From NCBI GenBank assembly GCA_028712705.1, contig JAQTPP010000001.1, positions 17,521-81,520 of the forward strand: a stretch of 64,000 nucleotides of DNA. Direction: 5' to 3'. Under the pieces are notes generated by a model, which searched no databases, was not told the origin of the DNA, and was given only the letters and a program-made list of their open reading frames with translations. Below are positions 20,126-30,664 of this stretch, one piece after another. Made by a program: the position numbers and the translations under genes. The stretch is from Candidatus Daviesbacteria bacterium. GTDB taxonomy: Bacteria > Patescibacteriota > Microgenomatia > Daviesbacterales > UBA10151. Position 1 is the first letter of the stretch. The number at the start of each line of letters is the position of its first letter.

Positions 20126-20220
20126 TAGCTTGTCGCGGTACAAAAAACCGCTCGCTTGGTGCTTGTTTCGCATCGAACTCTGGTACTGCACAACATTTTT
20201 TGGTTGCCTGCGACTTTGCT
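20126..20220. repeat. Family-1 long-hairpin intergenic element, copy B
   Basis: 'AGCTTGTCGCGGTACAAAAAACCGCTCGC...CAACATTTTTTGGTTGCCTGCGACTTTGCT'; ends mutually complementary. Confidence 0.55.
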
Positions 20221-20240
20221 ATCTTTTATAAAAGTTTACT

Positions 20241-22379
20241 ATGCCAAATATTAAAACCAAACGGGATTTTCCGCTGGATAGAATACGCAACATTGGAATT
20301 ATTGCCCACATTGATGCCGGAAAAACTACTACAACTGAGCGGATTCTTTTTTATACAGGAAAAACTTACAAAATAGGCAATATTGACGAGGGTACAACCG
20401 TGACAGACTGGATGGAGCAGGAACGGGAGCGTGGGATTACTATTGTTTCTGCAGCCATCACAGCTTTTTGGACTGTTAAAAAAGGTCTTTTTGAGGGTTT
20501 AGAAACAAGGATTAATTTAATTGATACTCCGGGCCATGTTGATTTTACAGCTGAGGTAGAAAGATCGCTCCGGGTTTTGGACGGAGCAGTAATTGTTTTG
20601 GATTCTTCATCCGGTGTGCAATCGCAAACAGAGACTGTTTGGAGACAGGCTAATAAATATAATGTGCCTTTAATTGCCTTTTCTAACAAGATGGATGTAG
20701 TGGGAGCGGATTTTCAGGCTACTATTCAATCTGCCAGGGATAGGCTAGGCGCAAATGCTATTGCTTACAATTTGCCAATAGGCAAAGAGAATGATTTTAA
20801 AGGAGTGGTAGATCTTTTGAGCGAGAAAGCGATTACTTGGGAAGGGGACGAAACCGGTGCGAAGTTTCATGAAATAGACATACCCGCTGATATGGTTGAA
20901 GTTGTCAAGGTGGCTCGCGAGAAGCTGGTTGAGGAAATTGCAGGCACTGATGATGTTTTGATGGGGAAATATCTGGAAGGGAAAGAGATTACAGTGCAAG
21001 AGTTAAAACAAGCCTTAAGGAAAGCAGTTATTGGTAATAAAATTGTGCCGGTTTTGGCAGGGTCTTCTCTTCGCAATAAAGGGGTTCAGTCAATGCTTGA
21101 TGCTGTTGTAGAATATCTTCCCTCTCCGCAAGACATAGCTACAGTTTCAGGTTACAATCCAAAAACAGGTGATCCTGAAGAAAGAAAAGCAGACTCGACT
21201 GCTCTCCTGGCGGCGTTGGCTTTTAAAATTCAAGTTGATCCGCACGTAGGAAAATTGACTTATATCAGAGTATATTCCGGAACCCTAAAGAGCGGTTCTT
21301 ATGTCTACAACGCCACCAAACAAATTAGAGAGAGAGTGGGAAGATTGCTTTTAATGCATGCCAACGACAGGGAGGAAATTGATGAAGCTTTCGCCGGAGA
21401 AATTGTGGCAGCAGTAGGTTTGAAAGATACTGTCACAGGTAATACCCTTTGCGATGAAAATACTCCAATTATTTTGGAATCCATTTCTTTTCCTGATCCG
21501 GTTATCTCTTTGGCAATAGAACCAAAAACAAAATCAGATCAGGAAAAGCTGGGTTATGCTTTGCAAAGACTTTCCGAAGAAGATCCGACTTTTAGGGTCA
21601 AGTCTGATCAAGAAACCGGCCAAACTATTATTGCAGGTATGGGTGAGTTGCAGCTTGAAATTTTGGTGGACAGGATGAAAAGGGAGTTTAAGCTGGAAGC
21701 TAATGTGGGTCAGCCGCAAGTTGCATACAAGGAAACTATTACTCAGATAGCAAAGGGTGAGGGAAAGTATATCAGACAAACCGGAGGTCGTGGTCAATAT
21801 GGCCATTGTTTGCTTAGAATTGAGCCTCTGCCGCGGGGAACCGGCAGGGAATTTGTCTCAGAAATTGTCGGTGGTGCTATCCCGCGAGAGTTTATTCCTC
21901 CAATCGAAAAAGGAGTTATTGAAAAAGAAGATACCGGTATTTTGGCAGGTTACCCTGTGACTGATATTAAAGTAGCTGTTTATGACGGGTCTTTTCATGA
22001 TGTTGATTCCTCGGAAGTTGCTTTTAAGATTGCAGCCTCACTGGGGCTTTCTGAGGCAGCCAAAAAAGCCGACATGATACTCCTTGAGCCGATCATGAAG
22101 GTGGAAGTTACTACTCCTGAGGAGTTTTTGGGGGAGATTATTGGTGATTTGTCTTCTAAAAGAGCCCAAATTTTATCTTCTGAAACAAAGGGAAACGCCA
22201 GGGTGGTTTTGGCCTTGGTGCCTTTGGCAGAGATGCATGGGTATGCTACAGCCATCAGAAGTATGTCTCAAGGCCGGGCCACTTATTACATGGAGGCAGA
22301 TCATTATGAAACAGTGCCGCAAAACATCACCCAAAAAATCATTGAATCCTCAGGCTTTACAGGCCGGGTCGAGCATTAG
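20241..22379 (+). CDS. fusA: Elongation factor G
   Basis: GTPase motifs 'AHIDAGKTT', 'DTPGHVDF'; full-length EF-G. Confidence 0.95.
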   Translation: MPNIKTKRDFPLDRIRNIGIIAHIDAGKTTTTERILFYTGKTYKIGNIDEGTTVTDWMEQERERGITIVSAAITAFWTVKKGLFEGLETRINLIDTPGHVDFTAEVERSLRVLDGAVIVLDSSSGVQSQTETVWRQANKYNVPLIAFSNKMDVVGADFQATIQSARDRLGANAIAYNLPIGKENDFKGVVDLLSEKAITWEGDETGAKFHEIDIPADMVEVVKVAREKLVEEIAGTDDVLMGKYLEGKEITVQELKQALRKAVIGNKIVPVLAGSSLRNKGVQSMLDAVVEYLPSPQDIATVSGYNPKTGDPEERKADSTALLAALAFKIQVDPHVGKLTYIRVYSGTLKSGSYVYNATKQIRERVGRLLLMHANDREEIDEAFAGEIVAAVGLKDTVTGNTLCDENTPIILESISFPDPVISLAIEPKTKSDQEKLGYALQRLSEEDPTFRVKSDQETGQTIIAGMGELQLEILVDRMKREFKLEANVGQPQVAYKETITQIAKGEGKYIRQTGGRGQYGHCLLRIEPLPRGTGREFVSEIVGGAIPREFIPPIEKGVIEKEDTGILAGYPVTDIKVAVYDGSFHDVDSSEVAFKIAASLGLSEAAKKADMILLEPIMKVEVTTPEEFLGEIIGDLSSKRAQILSSETKGNARVVLALVPLAEMHGYATAIRSMSQGRATYYMEADHYETVPQNITQKIIESSGFTGRVEH

Positions 22380-22868
22380 GTTTTCGAACAAAATACCGAC
22401 TAATTTGTTCAACCATCGAAGCTGCGTTTAGAGGAGGGTTTGGCTCTTCTAATTGATTTAAACCTATTTCCAGATAACATATCATTAATATTCTCATTCT
22501 CTGTAGTGCTGTGTCTAAATCTTCACCACCAACTACTAAACGTATATTTGGAGAACAAAACTTCGCGTTTAATATGTGAGTAGGAGACGTAATCTCCCTG
22601 ATCTCTACCGGTATTGCGTTAGTCTGAGTCCATTCTTTACCTGTATCTGGGGATACAAGTGTATCCATAGGTGGAATAAGATGTTCTTTAATCTCCTGAG
22701 CCATGGACGGATTTTAACAAGAAGATGATTGTGAATCAAATTATCCCTTTTGATTTTTATTTGGTTCTTGCATTTATTGGGTAAATACGTTATATTTATA
22801 AGTACCAGTCCTTTGACAGGTTCAGGATGAACTTGACAAGGCTGGATTTTTAAGTCAAAATTACAACT

Positions 22869-24053
22869 ATGGCTGAACAGAAAAAATTTGATAGAAGTAA
22901 ACCACACGTTAATGTGGGAACCATGGGTCATGTTGATCATGGTAAAACAACTTTAACTGCTGCAATCACCAAAGTCTTGGCCGGCAAAGGTATGGCTGAA
23001 GAGAGAAGCGTTGATCAGATTGATAACGCTCCGGAAGAAAAAGCTCGCGGCATCACTATTAATATTTCCCATCAGGAGTATGAAACCGAAAAAAGGCATT
23101 ATGCCCACATTGACATGCCAGGGCATGCAGATTACATCAAAAACATGATTACCGGCGCCGCACAAACAGATGGCGCCATTTTGGTAGTTTCTGCACCAGA
23201 TGGCCCAATGCCTCAAACCAGAGAACATCTTCTATTGGCTCGCCAAGTAGGAGTTCCGGCAATTGTAGTTTATTTAAATAAGGTAGATATGGTAGATGAT
23301 CCTGAACTTTTGGATTTGGTAGAAGAAGAAGTTCGTGATCTTTTGAAGAAATATGAATATGATCCGCAGTCTCCTATAATCCGTGGCAGCGCCAAAAAAG
23401 CTTTAGAAGGTGATGCTGAGGCAGTAAAATCTATTGAAGAGTTAATGGTTAAGGTCGACGAGTGGATTCCGACTCCTGTTAGGGATACGGATAAGCCGTT
23501 TCTGATGGCGGTTGAGGACGTTTTCTCAATTAAAGGCAGAGGTACGGTAGTAACCGGAAGAATTGAAAGAGGCAAGGTTAAAGTTAATGAAGAAATCGAA
23601 ATCGTTGGCATCAAGCCCACAAAGAAAAGCGTTGTCACCGGAATTGAGATGTTTCATAAAATGCTGGATGAAGGTCAAGCTGGCGACAATGCCGGAATTC
23701 TGCTTCGAGGTATTGAAAAAGACGACGTTGAAAGAGGTCAAGTTTTGGCCAAACCAGGCTCAATTACCCCGCATTCCGAATTCCAAGCTGAAGTTTATAT
23801 TTTGAGTAAAGAAGAAGGCGGAAGACACACCCCTTTTTTCAAAGGCTACAGACCGCAATTCTATATTAGAACTACAGATGTGACCGGTGAAGTCACTTTA
23901 CCGGAAGGAGTAGAAATGGCAATGCCTGGCGATACAGTCAATGTTACCGGTAAACTTATTACACCTGTTGCTATGGAAGAAGGTCTTCGTTTTGCTGTCA
24001 GAGAAGGCGGAAAGACGGTCGGAGCCGGGGTTATTACCAAAATAATCGCTTAA
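22869..24053 (+). CDS. tuf: Elongation factor Tu
   Basis: '[10 protein letters not shown]', 'DMPGHADY', 'NKVD' motifs; 394 aa. Confidence 0.95.
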   Translation: MAEQKKFDRSKPHVNVGTMGHVDHGKTTLTAAITKVLAGKGMAEERSVDQIDNAPEEKARGITINISHQEYETEKRHYAHIDMPGHADYIKNMITGAAQTDGAILVVSAPDGPMPQTREHLLLARQVGVPAIVVYLNKVDMVDDPELLDLVEEEVRDLLKKYEYDPQSPIIRGSAKKALEGDAEAVKSIEELMVKVDEWIPTPVRDTDKPFLMAVEDVFSIKGRGTVVTGRIERGKVKVNEEIEIVGIKPTKKSVVTGIEMFHKMLDEGQAGDNAGILLRGIEKDDVERGQVLAKPGSITPHSEFQAEVYILSKEEGGRHTPFFKGYRPQFYIRTTDVTGEVTLPEGVEMAMPGDTVNVTGKLITPVAMEEGLRFAVREGGKTVGAGVITKIIA

Positions 24054-24060
24054 GCTTATT

Positions 24061-24120
24061 TGTCATTCTGAACACAGTGAAGAATCTAATTAGATCCTTC
24101 GTTTCACTCAGGATGACAAT
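24061..24120. repeat. Family-2 repeat, full palindromic copy (hairpin; possible tuf terminator)
   Basis: TTGTCATTCTGAACACAGTGAAGAATC-TAATTA-GATCCTTCGTTTCACTCAGGATGACAA imperfect 58-nt palindrome. Confidence 0.5.
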
Positions 24121-24166
24121 TTAGTATAATGCACATTGAAAGGGAAATCCCTAAAGGGATTATAAT

Positions 24167-24475
24167 ATGCCAAGAGGACGAATCAGAGTAAAACTGAAGA
24201 GTTATGATCATCGGGTATTAGATAATACCTGTGAATCCCTTTTGGATACAGCCCTTAGAACCGGTGCCAAAATAGTCGGTCCAATCCTCCTTCCTACAAA
24301 AACTGAGCGCATTACGGTTTTAACTTCTCCTCACACAGATAAAGACTCAAGAGAAGCTTTTGAAATAAAAACCCACAAAAGAATGATTGATATTGTGGAA
24401 CCTACCCAAAAAACCATAGATTCCCTCATGCATCTTGAAATCCCAGCAGGCGTTGATATTGAAGTTAAGATGTAG
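24167..24475 (+). CDS. rpsJ: 30S ribosomal protein S10
   Basis: 'MPRGRIRVKLKSYDHRVLD' S10 N-terminus. Confidence 0.9.
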   Translation: MPRGRIRVKLKSYDHRVLDNTCESLLDTALRTGAKIVGPILLPTKTERITVLTSPHTDKDSREAFEIKTHKRMIDIVEPTQKTIDSLMHLEIPAGVDIEVKM

Positions 24476-24476
24476 C

Positions 24477-25073
24477 ATGTCTAAATTTAAGGTTTTAGGA
24501 TTTATTAATTGCCTTTTAGTAATTTTGCCTATTATCATTCGGTATCCTCTTAATTTAGTTTTCTTATTTTCATTAGGGCTAAATATTTACTTAGGATATA
24601 AATTACTTTGGGAACACTATGATCCAACAAAGTTTAAACAATATTTAACTCTAACTTTCTTAACTGGCTTGTGGCTTATTTGGGGTCTTATCGGATATCT
24701 TTTTGCGTTAGGATTTGCTTACCTAATAATCTCTTTCGTGCTAATTACGGGAATTTTTGTCTTTATTAGGGAACTTTCGGTTAAACTGGCTTTACTTGTT
24801 TCCTTTGCCACATTTTTAGTTGTTGTCCAAACGATAGCTTGGGGATTTGAAGACGATCATTGCTGGAAGAAAGGGGATGAAATGGCAGTAGGTAAACCAG
24901 GAACGATGGTTATTCCCGGCCAAGAAGCTAAAAATTTATTCGGAAGTAATAATATTGATATTTCTGCATCTAGTTCTGCTGAAGTTGGTACAGCTGCATA
25001 TTACCATTTTAAGTGTCATCAGGATTTTGATTTGGGTAAAGTATTAAGAGACAAATATATTCCAATGAAGTAA
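24477..25073 (+). CDS. Hypothetical 4-TM membrane protein inserted between rpsJ and rplC
   Basis: start 'MSKFKVLGF' 1 nt after rpsJ stop; four hydrophobic helices; C-terminal soluble region with C/H residues. Confidence 0.4.
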   Translation: MSKFKVLGFINCLLVILPIIIRYPLNLVFLFSLGLNIYLGYKLLWEHYDPTKFKQYLTLTFLTGLWLIWGLIGYLFALGFAYLIISFVLITGIFVFIRELSVKLALLVSFATFLVVVQTIAWGFEDDHCWKKGDEMAVGKPGTMVIPGQEAKNLFGSNNIDISASSSAEVGTAAYYHFKCHQDFDLGKVLRDKYIPMK

Positions 25074-25092
25074 ATATAGATTTATCAGTCTC

Positions 25093-25122
25093 TTGCATTT
25101 AGCCTCGAGCTTGTGTTAAAAT
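25093..25122 (+). promoter_or_regulatory. Candidate internal promoter for rplC and downstream genes (TTGCAT-18-TGnTAAAAT, extended -10)
   Basis: hexamers, TG dinucleotide and spacing seen directly; followed by GAGTGAG...CTCACTC hairpin leader (25217-25251) containing a degenerate family-2 motif. Confidence 0.35.
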
Positions 25123-25268
25123 TTCCTTACATGATTAGGTCAGGTTAAATAATTTAACCTAAAATTTCAGTAGATCGCGCGTCCGACGAAGATACGGCGA
25201 TTGAAAGCGAGATACTGAGTGAGATCCTGAGCGAAGTCGAAGGACTCACTCTTTTTAGTGCAAAAATT

Positions 25269-26060
25269 ATGATAGGTACACTTTTAGGTATAAAAAAGGA
25301 AATGACAAGTGTTTATGACTCCCGCGGAAGAAGGGTGGGAGCTACTGTTATACAAATTTCACCTAATTTGGTGACTCAAATAAAAACTACCGACGGTAAA
25401 GATGGATACAGCGCAGTCCAGTTGGGTTATGGAACCAAAAAATCAGTCAAAAAACCTCAGCTTGGTCATGGTAAGAAAGCCGGCATAGAACAACCAATCC
25501 GTTGGTTTAGGGAAGTAGTAGCAGATGGTCAAGATTTAAAGCCTGGACAAGAGATAAAACTCGACCAGGTTTTTTCAATAGGAGATGCGGTAAAAGTGAC
25601 AGGTATTTCTAAAGGTAAGGGTTTTCAAGGCGGAGTCAGGCGTCACGGCTTTCACGGCGGACCAAAAACCCACGGTCAATCAGATAGACTGCGGGCTCCG
25701 GGCGCAATCGGCTCAGGGACTACTCCAGGAAGAGTTTATAAGGGTAAAAAGATGGCAGGTCATATGGGTAGTAGCGGAGTAAGTACCAAGAATTTAGAAG
25801 TCGTAGGATTAAATAAAAACGATAATTTATTGATCATTAAAGGTGCAATTCCGGGGCCGGTGAATAATTTAGTTTTGATTACAAAATTGGGAAGAATAAA
25901 AGGTTACACTCCGCCACCGGAAGAGAAAGTAGAAGAAGAGATAAATGAGTCAAAAGAGTCAGAGATGATTAGTGAGGCGTCTTCGCCAGAGGCTTCGGCG
26001 CCCGCGGAAGGAGAATCTTCCTTCGCCGAGATTACGGAGGACAAGAAAAATGCCGGTTAA
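25269..26060 (+). CDS. rplC: 50S ribosomal protein L3 with ~50-aa acidic S/E/A-rich C-terminal tail
   Basis: L3 core ('KGKGFQGGVRRHGFHGG'); tail encoded by GC-rich segment. Confidence 0.9.
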   Translation: MIGTLLGIKKEMTSVYDSRGRRVGATVIQISPNLVTQIKTTDGKDGYSAVQLGYGTKKSVKKPQLGHGKKAGIEQPIRWFREVVADGQDLKPGQEIKLDQVFSIGDAVKVTGISKGKGFQGGVRRHGFHGGPKTHGQSDRLRAPGAIGSGTTPGRVYKGKKMAGHMGSSGVSTKNLEVVGLNKNDNLLIIKGAIPGPVNNLVLITKLGRIKGYTPPPEEKVEEEINESKESEMISEASSPEASAPAEGESSFAEITEDKKNAG

Positions 26061-26892
26061 GAAAAAAGTATCAGTTAAAAAAACTGTTCGGGGTCCTGCC
26101 GCCTCGGTATCCCGTCGTGCATCCTCACTCGCTAATCGCTCGCTGCGGCTACGCGCCAGGATCCCCTCCTCGGCGTCACCCCTCACTTCCAGATCCCGAG
26201 GACTATCAGTTCCCGTCTATTCATTAGCCGGTAGAGCTTCCGGAACTTTGTCTTTACCAAAGGAAATTTTCGGGGTTAAAGTTAATAAAACATTACTGTC
26301 GCAAGCAGCCAGGATTTATTTAACAAACAAGAAGACTTTATTAGGTTCTACCAAGACTCGGGGTGAGGTTGAGGGTTCAACCGCCAAGATTTATAGGCAA
26401 AAAGGTACCGGCAGAGCTAGACATGGTGCTATTCGCGCCCCGATATTTGTCGGGGGCGGTATTACTTTTGGCCCCAAGTCCCGCAAGGTCAGGTTAGAGT
26501 TGCCGCAAAGGATGAGAAAAGCTGCTCTTTTTTCCGCCCTTTCATCTAAGTTTTTTGATAAGAATGTGCTGGGGATAAGTGGAATCGATAAAGCGTCCGG
26601 CAAGACCAAAGAGATGATTCAGTTAATGGAAAAGCTGAAAATAAAAAGCGGGCTTATCGTAACCGGAGAGAAAACTGATAATGTAACCAGGGCAGTTAGG
26701 AATATTCAAGGATTTGATGTATTACCAGCTAATTTACTAAATGCTTATGAGGTCTTAAAACATGAGTTGCTGTTAGTTACCAAAGAAGCGGTCAATGTCA
26801 TTCTGGGGAGTAAAACGACACCAGAATTTGGTAAGAAAGATTCTGGACGCGCTCTGCTTGCCAGAATGACAAAGAAAGGTAAGAAAAAATGA
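26050..26892 (+). CDS. rplD: 50S ribosomal protein L4 with ~53-aa R/S-rich N-terminal extension (start ATG 26050 overlapping rplC stop; 25972 alternative rejected)
   Basis: core 'YRQKGTGRARHGAIRAPIFVGGGITFGP'; no start codon near core N-terminus; extension DNA GC-rich and contains family-2 repeat core TCGCTAATCGCTC (26128-26140). Confidence 0.85.
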   Translation: MPVKKKVSVKKTVRGPAASVSRRASSLANRSLRLRARIPSSASPLTSRSRGLSVPVYSLAGRASGTLSLPKEIFGVKVNKTLLSQAARIYLTNKKTLLGSTKTRGEVEGSTAKIYRQKGTGRARHGAIRAPIFVGGGITFGPKSRKVRLELPQRMRKAALFSALSSKFFDKNVLGISGIDKASGKTKEMIQLMEKLKIKSGLIVTGEKTDNVTRAVRNIQGFDVLPANLLNAYEVLKHELLLVTKEAVNVILGSKTTPEFGKKDSGRALLARMTKKGKKK

Positions 26893-27320
26893 TCATTTTA
26901 AAACGGCCAATTATTTCTGAAAAATCAATGAAACTTGCCCAAAATGGTTTGTATACTTTTGAAGTCGATAGAGAGGCAACAAAGCCTTTAATTGCCAAAA
27001 AAGTTTCCGAGAAATTTAATGTTAAAGTTTTAAAAGTTAGAGTAATAAATATTAAAGGAAAGATGAAATCACAAAGAAAAGTTAAAAAAGTTTATCAAAC
27101 CGGGGGATACAAAAAAGCTATAGTCCAGGTTAAAAAAGGAGATAAAATTGCTGTCTTTGAAACTCCTAAAGAAGAGGCTACAGTCACAACAGTTGAGGGT
27201 GAACCGATCAAATTAAAAGAGAAAAAGGATATTTTAGGAAGGACTAAAGTTAAAGTAGAAAAAACCCCGCAATTCGGCGGGGCACCTACAACCCAAAGAA
27301 AGGTGATTACAGGTAAATAG
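26889..27320 (+). CDS. rplW: 50S ribosomal protein L23 with C-terminal extension
   Basis: L23 fold region 'LKRPIISEKSMKL...KFNVKVLKVRVIN'. Confidence 0.85.
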   Translation: MIILKRPIISEKSMKLAQNGLYTFEVDREATKPLIAKKVSEKFNVKVLKVRVINIKGKMKSQRKVKKVYQTGGYKKAIVQVKKGDKIAVFETPKEEATVTTVEGEPIKLKEKKDILGRTKVKVEKTPQFGGAPTTQRKVITGK

Positions 27321-27351
27321 ACGTGGACTATAATTTTCGAGGACTTAAATT

Positions 27352-28086
27352 ATGAAAAGATTAAAAACATTATTAAAAAAGCATTCCGGTAGATCCAATG
27401 GTGTTTTAACCGTCCGTGGTCAAGGCGGAAGACACAAGAGGTATTATAGGGGGATTGATTTTAGAAGGGATAAATTTGGAGTTTCGGGTGAAGTGATGGA
27501 TATTGAATACGATCCGAATAGAAATGTAAAAATTGCCTTAATCAAATATACGGATGGAGAATACAGGTACATTTTGGCTCCAAAAGGGCTATCTGCGGGT
27601 GACGAAGTGATAGCTGGTGACAAAAGTGAAATAAAAATTGGTAATGCGATGAGGTTACAAAATATAACGATCGGGACACTGGTACATAATGTTGAGCTTA
27701 CTCCTGGTAAAGGCGGACAATTAGGTCGGAGCGCTGGAATGGCATTACAACTTCTTGCCAAAGAAGGCGGTTTCGCTAATTTGAAGATGCCGTCAGGTGA
27801 GATCAGGATGATCTCTTTGCAATCAATGGCTACGATTGGCACATTGGGCAACGAGGAAGTAAGACAGCGGGTGTTGGGTAAAGCCGGCAGATCCCGCCAT
27901 ATGGGTATCAAACCAACTGTTCGCGGTGTGGCTCAAGATCCTGATTCTCATCCGCATGGAGGAGGAGAAGGAAGATCGGGAATTGGGCGAAAAAGCCCGA
28001 TGACAAAATATGGCAAGATTGCTGTCGGCAAAACCAGAAATAGAAGAAAGCAAAGCAGTAGATATATTTTGAAAAGGAGAAAATAA
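27352..28086 (+). CDS. rplB: 50S ribosomal protein L2
   Basis: '[10 protein letters not shown]' L2 signature. Confidence 0.9.
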   Translation: MKRLKTLLKKHSGRSNGVLTVRGQGGRHKRYYRGIDFRRDKFGVSGEVMDIEYDPNRNVKIALIKYTDGEYRYILAPKGLSAGDEVIAGDKSEIKIGNAMRLQNITIGTLVHNVELTPGKGGQLGRSAGMALQLLAKEGGFANLKMPSGEIRMISLQSMATIGTLGNEEVRQRVLGKAGRSRHMGIKPTVRGVAQDPDSHPHGGGEGRSGIGRKSPMTKYGKIAVGKTRNRRKQSSRYILKRRK

Positions 28087-28087
28087 T

Positions 28088-28372
28088 ATGAGTAGATCAG
28101 TTAAAAAAGGGCCGTTCATCGACGAGAAGCTGATGAAAAAAGTAATGATGCAAAAGCAGGGCGTAAAGAAAGATCCGATTAAAACCTGGGTCAGAAGATC
28201 ACAGATTCCGCCGGAATTTGTCGGGCATACTTTTTTAGTCCATCAAGGGAAAAATTTTGTGACTGTATATGTGTCAGAATCAATGGTGGGGCATAGATTA
28301 GGTGAATTTGCGCCAACACGAGTATTTAGGGGTCATGGAAAGGTAACAGAAAAGAGTACGTCAAAGACTTAA
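28088..28372 (+). CDS. rpsS: 30S ribosomal protein S19
   Basis: '[15 protein letters not shown]' S19 N-terminus. Confidence 0.9.
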   Translation: MSRSVKKGPFIDEKLMKKVMMQKQGVKKDPIKTWVRRSQIPPEFVGHTFLVHQGKNFVTVYVSESMVGHRLGEFAPTRVFRGHGKVTEKSTSKT

Positions 28373-28387
28373 AAAAAGGTCAAAAAC

Positions 28388-28726
28388 ATGGAAATACAAA
28401 CAATACAAAAATTCTTACACACCAGTCCCAGGAAACTTCGTCTGGTTTCGGATATGGTTCGTAAAATGGAACCGTCTAAAGCTTTGGATGTTTTGGGGGT
28501 TACTCCCAAAGCAGCTGCTAAAGATTTGGAAAAAGCTCTGAGAGTAGTTTTAGCGAATGCAAAACAGCAAGGCCTGGATACATCAAAATTAACTTTCAAA
28601 AAAATTGAAATAAATGAGAGTATGAAAATGCGTCGGTTCAGAGCTGGTACGAAAGGGAGAGTTAAACCGTATAAGAAGAGAATGTCGCATATAAAGATAG
28701 TATTAAGTGATAAGGAGGTTAAATAG
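28388..28726 (+). CDS. rplV: 50S ribosomal protein L22
   Basis: L22 homology; S10-operon position. Confidence 0.9.
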   Translation: MEIQTIQKFLHTSPRKLRLVSDMVRKMEPSKALDVLGVTPKAAAKDLEKALRVVLANAKQQGLDTSKLTFKKIEINESMKMRRFRAGTKGRVKPYKKRMSHIKIVLSDKEVK

Positions 28727-29368
28727 ATGGGTCAGAAAATACATCCAGTCGGTTTTAGGATGGGTATTGGAGCGACTTGGAAGTCGCGCTGGTTTGCTCA
28801 TGGGGTAAAATACCGACAGTATATTGCGGAGGATTTGAAGATCCGTGAACTTTTGATGAAGAAATTGCGTCCGGCAGGTATCAGTTCGGTTGAGATCGAG
28901 AGAGCTGTTAACAAATTAAAAATAATAATCTATGTTTCCCGTCCCGGGGTTTTGATTGGACGGGGAGGCAGCGGCTTAAATGATCTAAAGAAATTTTTAA
29001 TGGCCGAGTTAAAAATTAAGAGCGACAATAGTTTAGAGGTTGCGCCGATGGAATTAAAATCGGCAGACATATCGTCTTATCTTGTTGCCCAATCTGTAGC
29101 TGAACAGCTTGTCAGAAGACTATCTGCGCAACGAGTGATGAATCAAGCAATTGATAGAGTAATGAGGGCCGGCGCCAAGGGCGTCAGGATTGTTTTGTCC
29201 GGCAGAATAGGTGGCGCAGAAATTGCAAGACGCGAATGGAAGGCTGCAGGAACTATGCCTTTGCATACTCTTAGGGCAGATATAGATTTTGTTGCATACC
29301 CGGCTTTAACAAAGTCAGGATATGTGGGAGTGAAAGTTTGGATTAATAAAGGAGAAGTTGAAATATGA
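28727..29368 (+). CDS. rpsC: 30S ribosomal protein S3
   Basis: KH domain 'GQKIHPVGFRMGI'; TGA stop. Confidence 0.9.
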   Translation: MGQKIHPVGFRMGIGATWKSRWFAHGVKYRQYIAEDLKIRELLMKKLRPAGISSVEIERAVNKLKIIIYVSRPGVLIGRGGSGLNDLKKFLMAELKIKSDNSLEVAPMELKSADISSYLVAQSVAEQLVRRLSAQRVMNQAIDRVMRAGAKGVRIVLSGRIGGAEIARREWKAAGTMPLHTLRADIDFVAYPALTKSGYVGVKVWINKGEVEI

Positions 29369-29373
29369 ATCAA

Positions 29374-29473
29374 GCAGCTTGTCACAGTACAAAAAATCGC
29401 TCGCACGGTATAAACTTGCTCGCTTGTGAGTATTTTGTGGTTCAACATTTTTTGTTTACTTGTGACTTCGCTG
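29374..29473. repeat. Family-1 long-hairpin intergenic element, copy C (inside S10 operon between rpsC and rplP)
   Basis: 'CAGCTTGTCACAGTACAAAAAATCGCTCGC...CAACATTTTTTGTTTACTTGTGACTTCGCTG' ~85% identical to copy B at both ends. Confidence 0.55.
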
Positions 29474-29486
29474 TTTTTAACAACTT

Positions 29487-29561
29487 AAAGATAGGTGATA
29501 GACGATTCGGTAACACGAGTTTATTAAAAGGAGGAGGACGGTAGAATCGTCCAAGAAAAAT
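29487..29561 (+). promoter_or_regulatory. Conserved leader with SD-sequestering hairpin, copy 1 (before rplP)
   Basis: GACGATTC(29501-08)...AAAGGAGGAGGA...GAATCGTC(29544-51); ~85% identical to 32135-32206. Confidence 0.45.
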
Positions 29562-29975
29562 ATGGCACTACTGCAACCAAAAAGAATGAAGCATAGAAAA
29601 ACTTTTAAAGGCAAAAGAGGCGGGATAGCTACGCGCGGTAATCGCTTATCGTTTGGATCTTTCGGGTTAAAGGCTATGGAGGCAGGTTTTATTTCTGCAA
29701 GACAACTTGAAGCAGCCAGACGGGCGATGACTCATTTTACGCAAAGAGGCGGACGTATTTGGATCAGAGTTTTTCCTGATAAGCCGGTTACCAAACACCC
29801 GGCAGAATCAAGAATGGGTTCTGGTAAAGGCGATGTTGAAGGGTATGTGGCTGTTGTGAAACCGGGAAGCTTGATTTTTGAAATGGGAGCTGTTGCAAAA
29901 GAGGTAGCGGAAGAGGCTTTAAGACTAGCTGCTCACAAGTTGCCGATTGATACAAAATTTGTGGAAAAGATTTAA
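29562..29975 (+). CDS. rplP: 50S ribosomal protein L16
   Basis: '[21 protein letters not shown]' L16 N-terminus. Confidence 0.9.
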   Translation: MALLQPKRMKHRKTFKGKRGGIATRGNRLSFGSFGLKAMEAGFISARQLEAARRAMTHFTQRGGRIWIRVFPDKPVTKHPAESRMGSGKGDVEGYVAVVKPGSLIFEMGAVAKEVAEEALRLAAHKLPIDTKFVEKI

Positions 29976-29977
29976 CT

Positions 29978-30259
29978 ATGAAGAAAAACATTTTTTTGCA
30001 GATAAAAGGGCTAGACGTAAGGGAGTTGAAGGTTAAAGCGAAGGCTCTAAAAGAAGAAATTGCAAATTTAACTTTGGATAAAAATATGAAAAAGTTGAAA
30101 GATCTAAAAATGGTTTCGAAAAAGAAAAAAGAGCTGGCTCAAATTTTGACAATTATTAAACAGAAAGAACTCTTAGTGCAACTAGAGTCAATAAGTCATC
30201 AGACTGAAAAGATAATTGAGAAAGAAGAAGAACCTAAGACAAAGAAAGGAAAAAAATAA
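29978..30259 (+). CDS. rpmC: 50S ribosomal protein L29 with K-rich C-terminal extension
   Basis: position between rplP and rpsQ; coiled-coil L29-like N-terminal 60 aa. Confidence 0.75.
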   Translation: MKKNIFLQIKGLDVRELKVKAKALKEEIANLTLDKNMKKLKDLKMVSKKKKELAQILTIIKQKELLVQLESISHQTEKIIEKEEEPKTKKGKK

Positions 30260-30661
30260 ATGATTGGAAGAGTTGTTTCAACAAAAATGCAAAAAACGGT
30301 AACTGTCTTAATAGAAAGAGCGGCTAAGCACCCTTTGTATCAAAAAACTTTTATTCAAAGCAAAAGGTATTTGGTTGACGATCCTGTTGGTGTAAAGATG
30401 GGGGATGTGGTAGAGATCGCTAAAGTCAAGCCGATTTCTAAGAACAAGCATTGGAGGATAGTCAAAGTAGTAGGGAAGAATTTGGAAGAAATTACAGAGA
30501 GTGCATTAAAGGTAGCAGCAGAAAAAATAATTGCGGAAGTGATGCCGGAATCATCTTCCGCTGAAGCTTCGGGGGGTGAAAAGAAAGAGGTAGCGGTGGA
30601 TAATTCTACAGAAAAACCTAAATTAAAAAAGAAAGGAAAGACAGAATTGTCCAAAAAATAA
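30260..30661 (+). CDS. rpsQ: 30S ribosomal protein S17 with ~45-aa C-terminal extension
   Basis: 'GRVVSTKMQKTVTVLIER...HPLYQK...DDPVGVKMGDVVEI' S17 OB fold. Confidence 0.85.
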   Translation: MIGRVVSTKMQKTVTVLIERAAKHPLYQKTFIQSKRYLVDDPVGVKMGDVVEIAKVKPISKNKHWRIVKVVGKNLEEITESALKVAAEKIIAEVMPESSSAEASGGEKKEVAVDNSTEKPKLKKKGKTELSKK

Positions 30662-30664
30662 TTA

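Noticed and set aside
25972-26049. Upstream ATG (MRRLRQ...) as rplD start
   Set aside because: Would overlap rplC by 89 nt in another frame; ATG at 26050 (atgccggttaa overlap with the rplC stop) gives canonical translational coupling.
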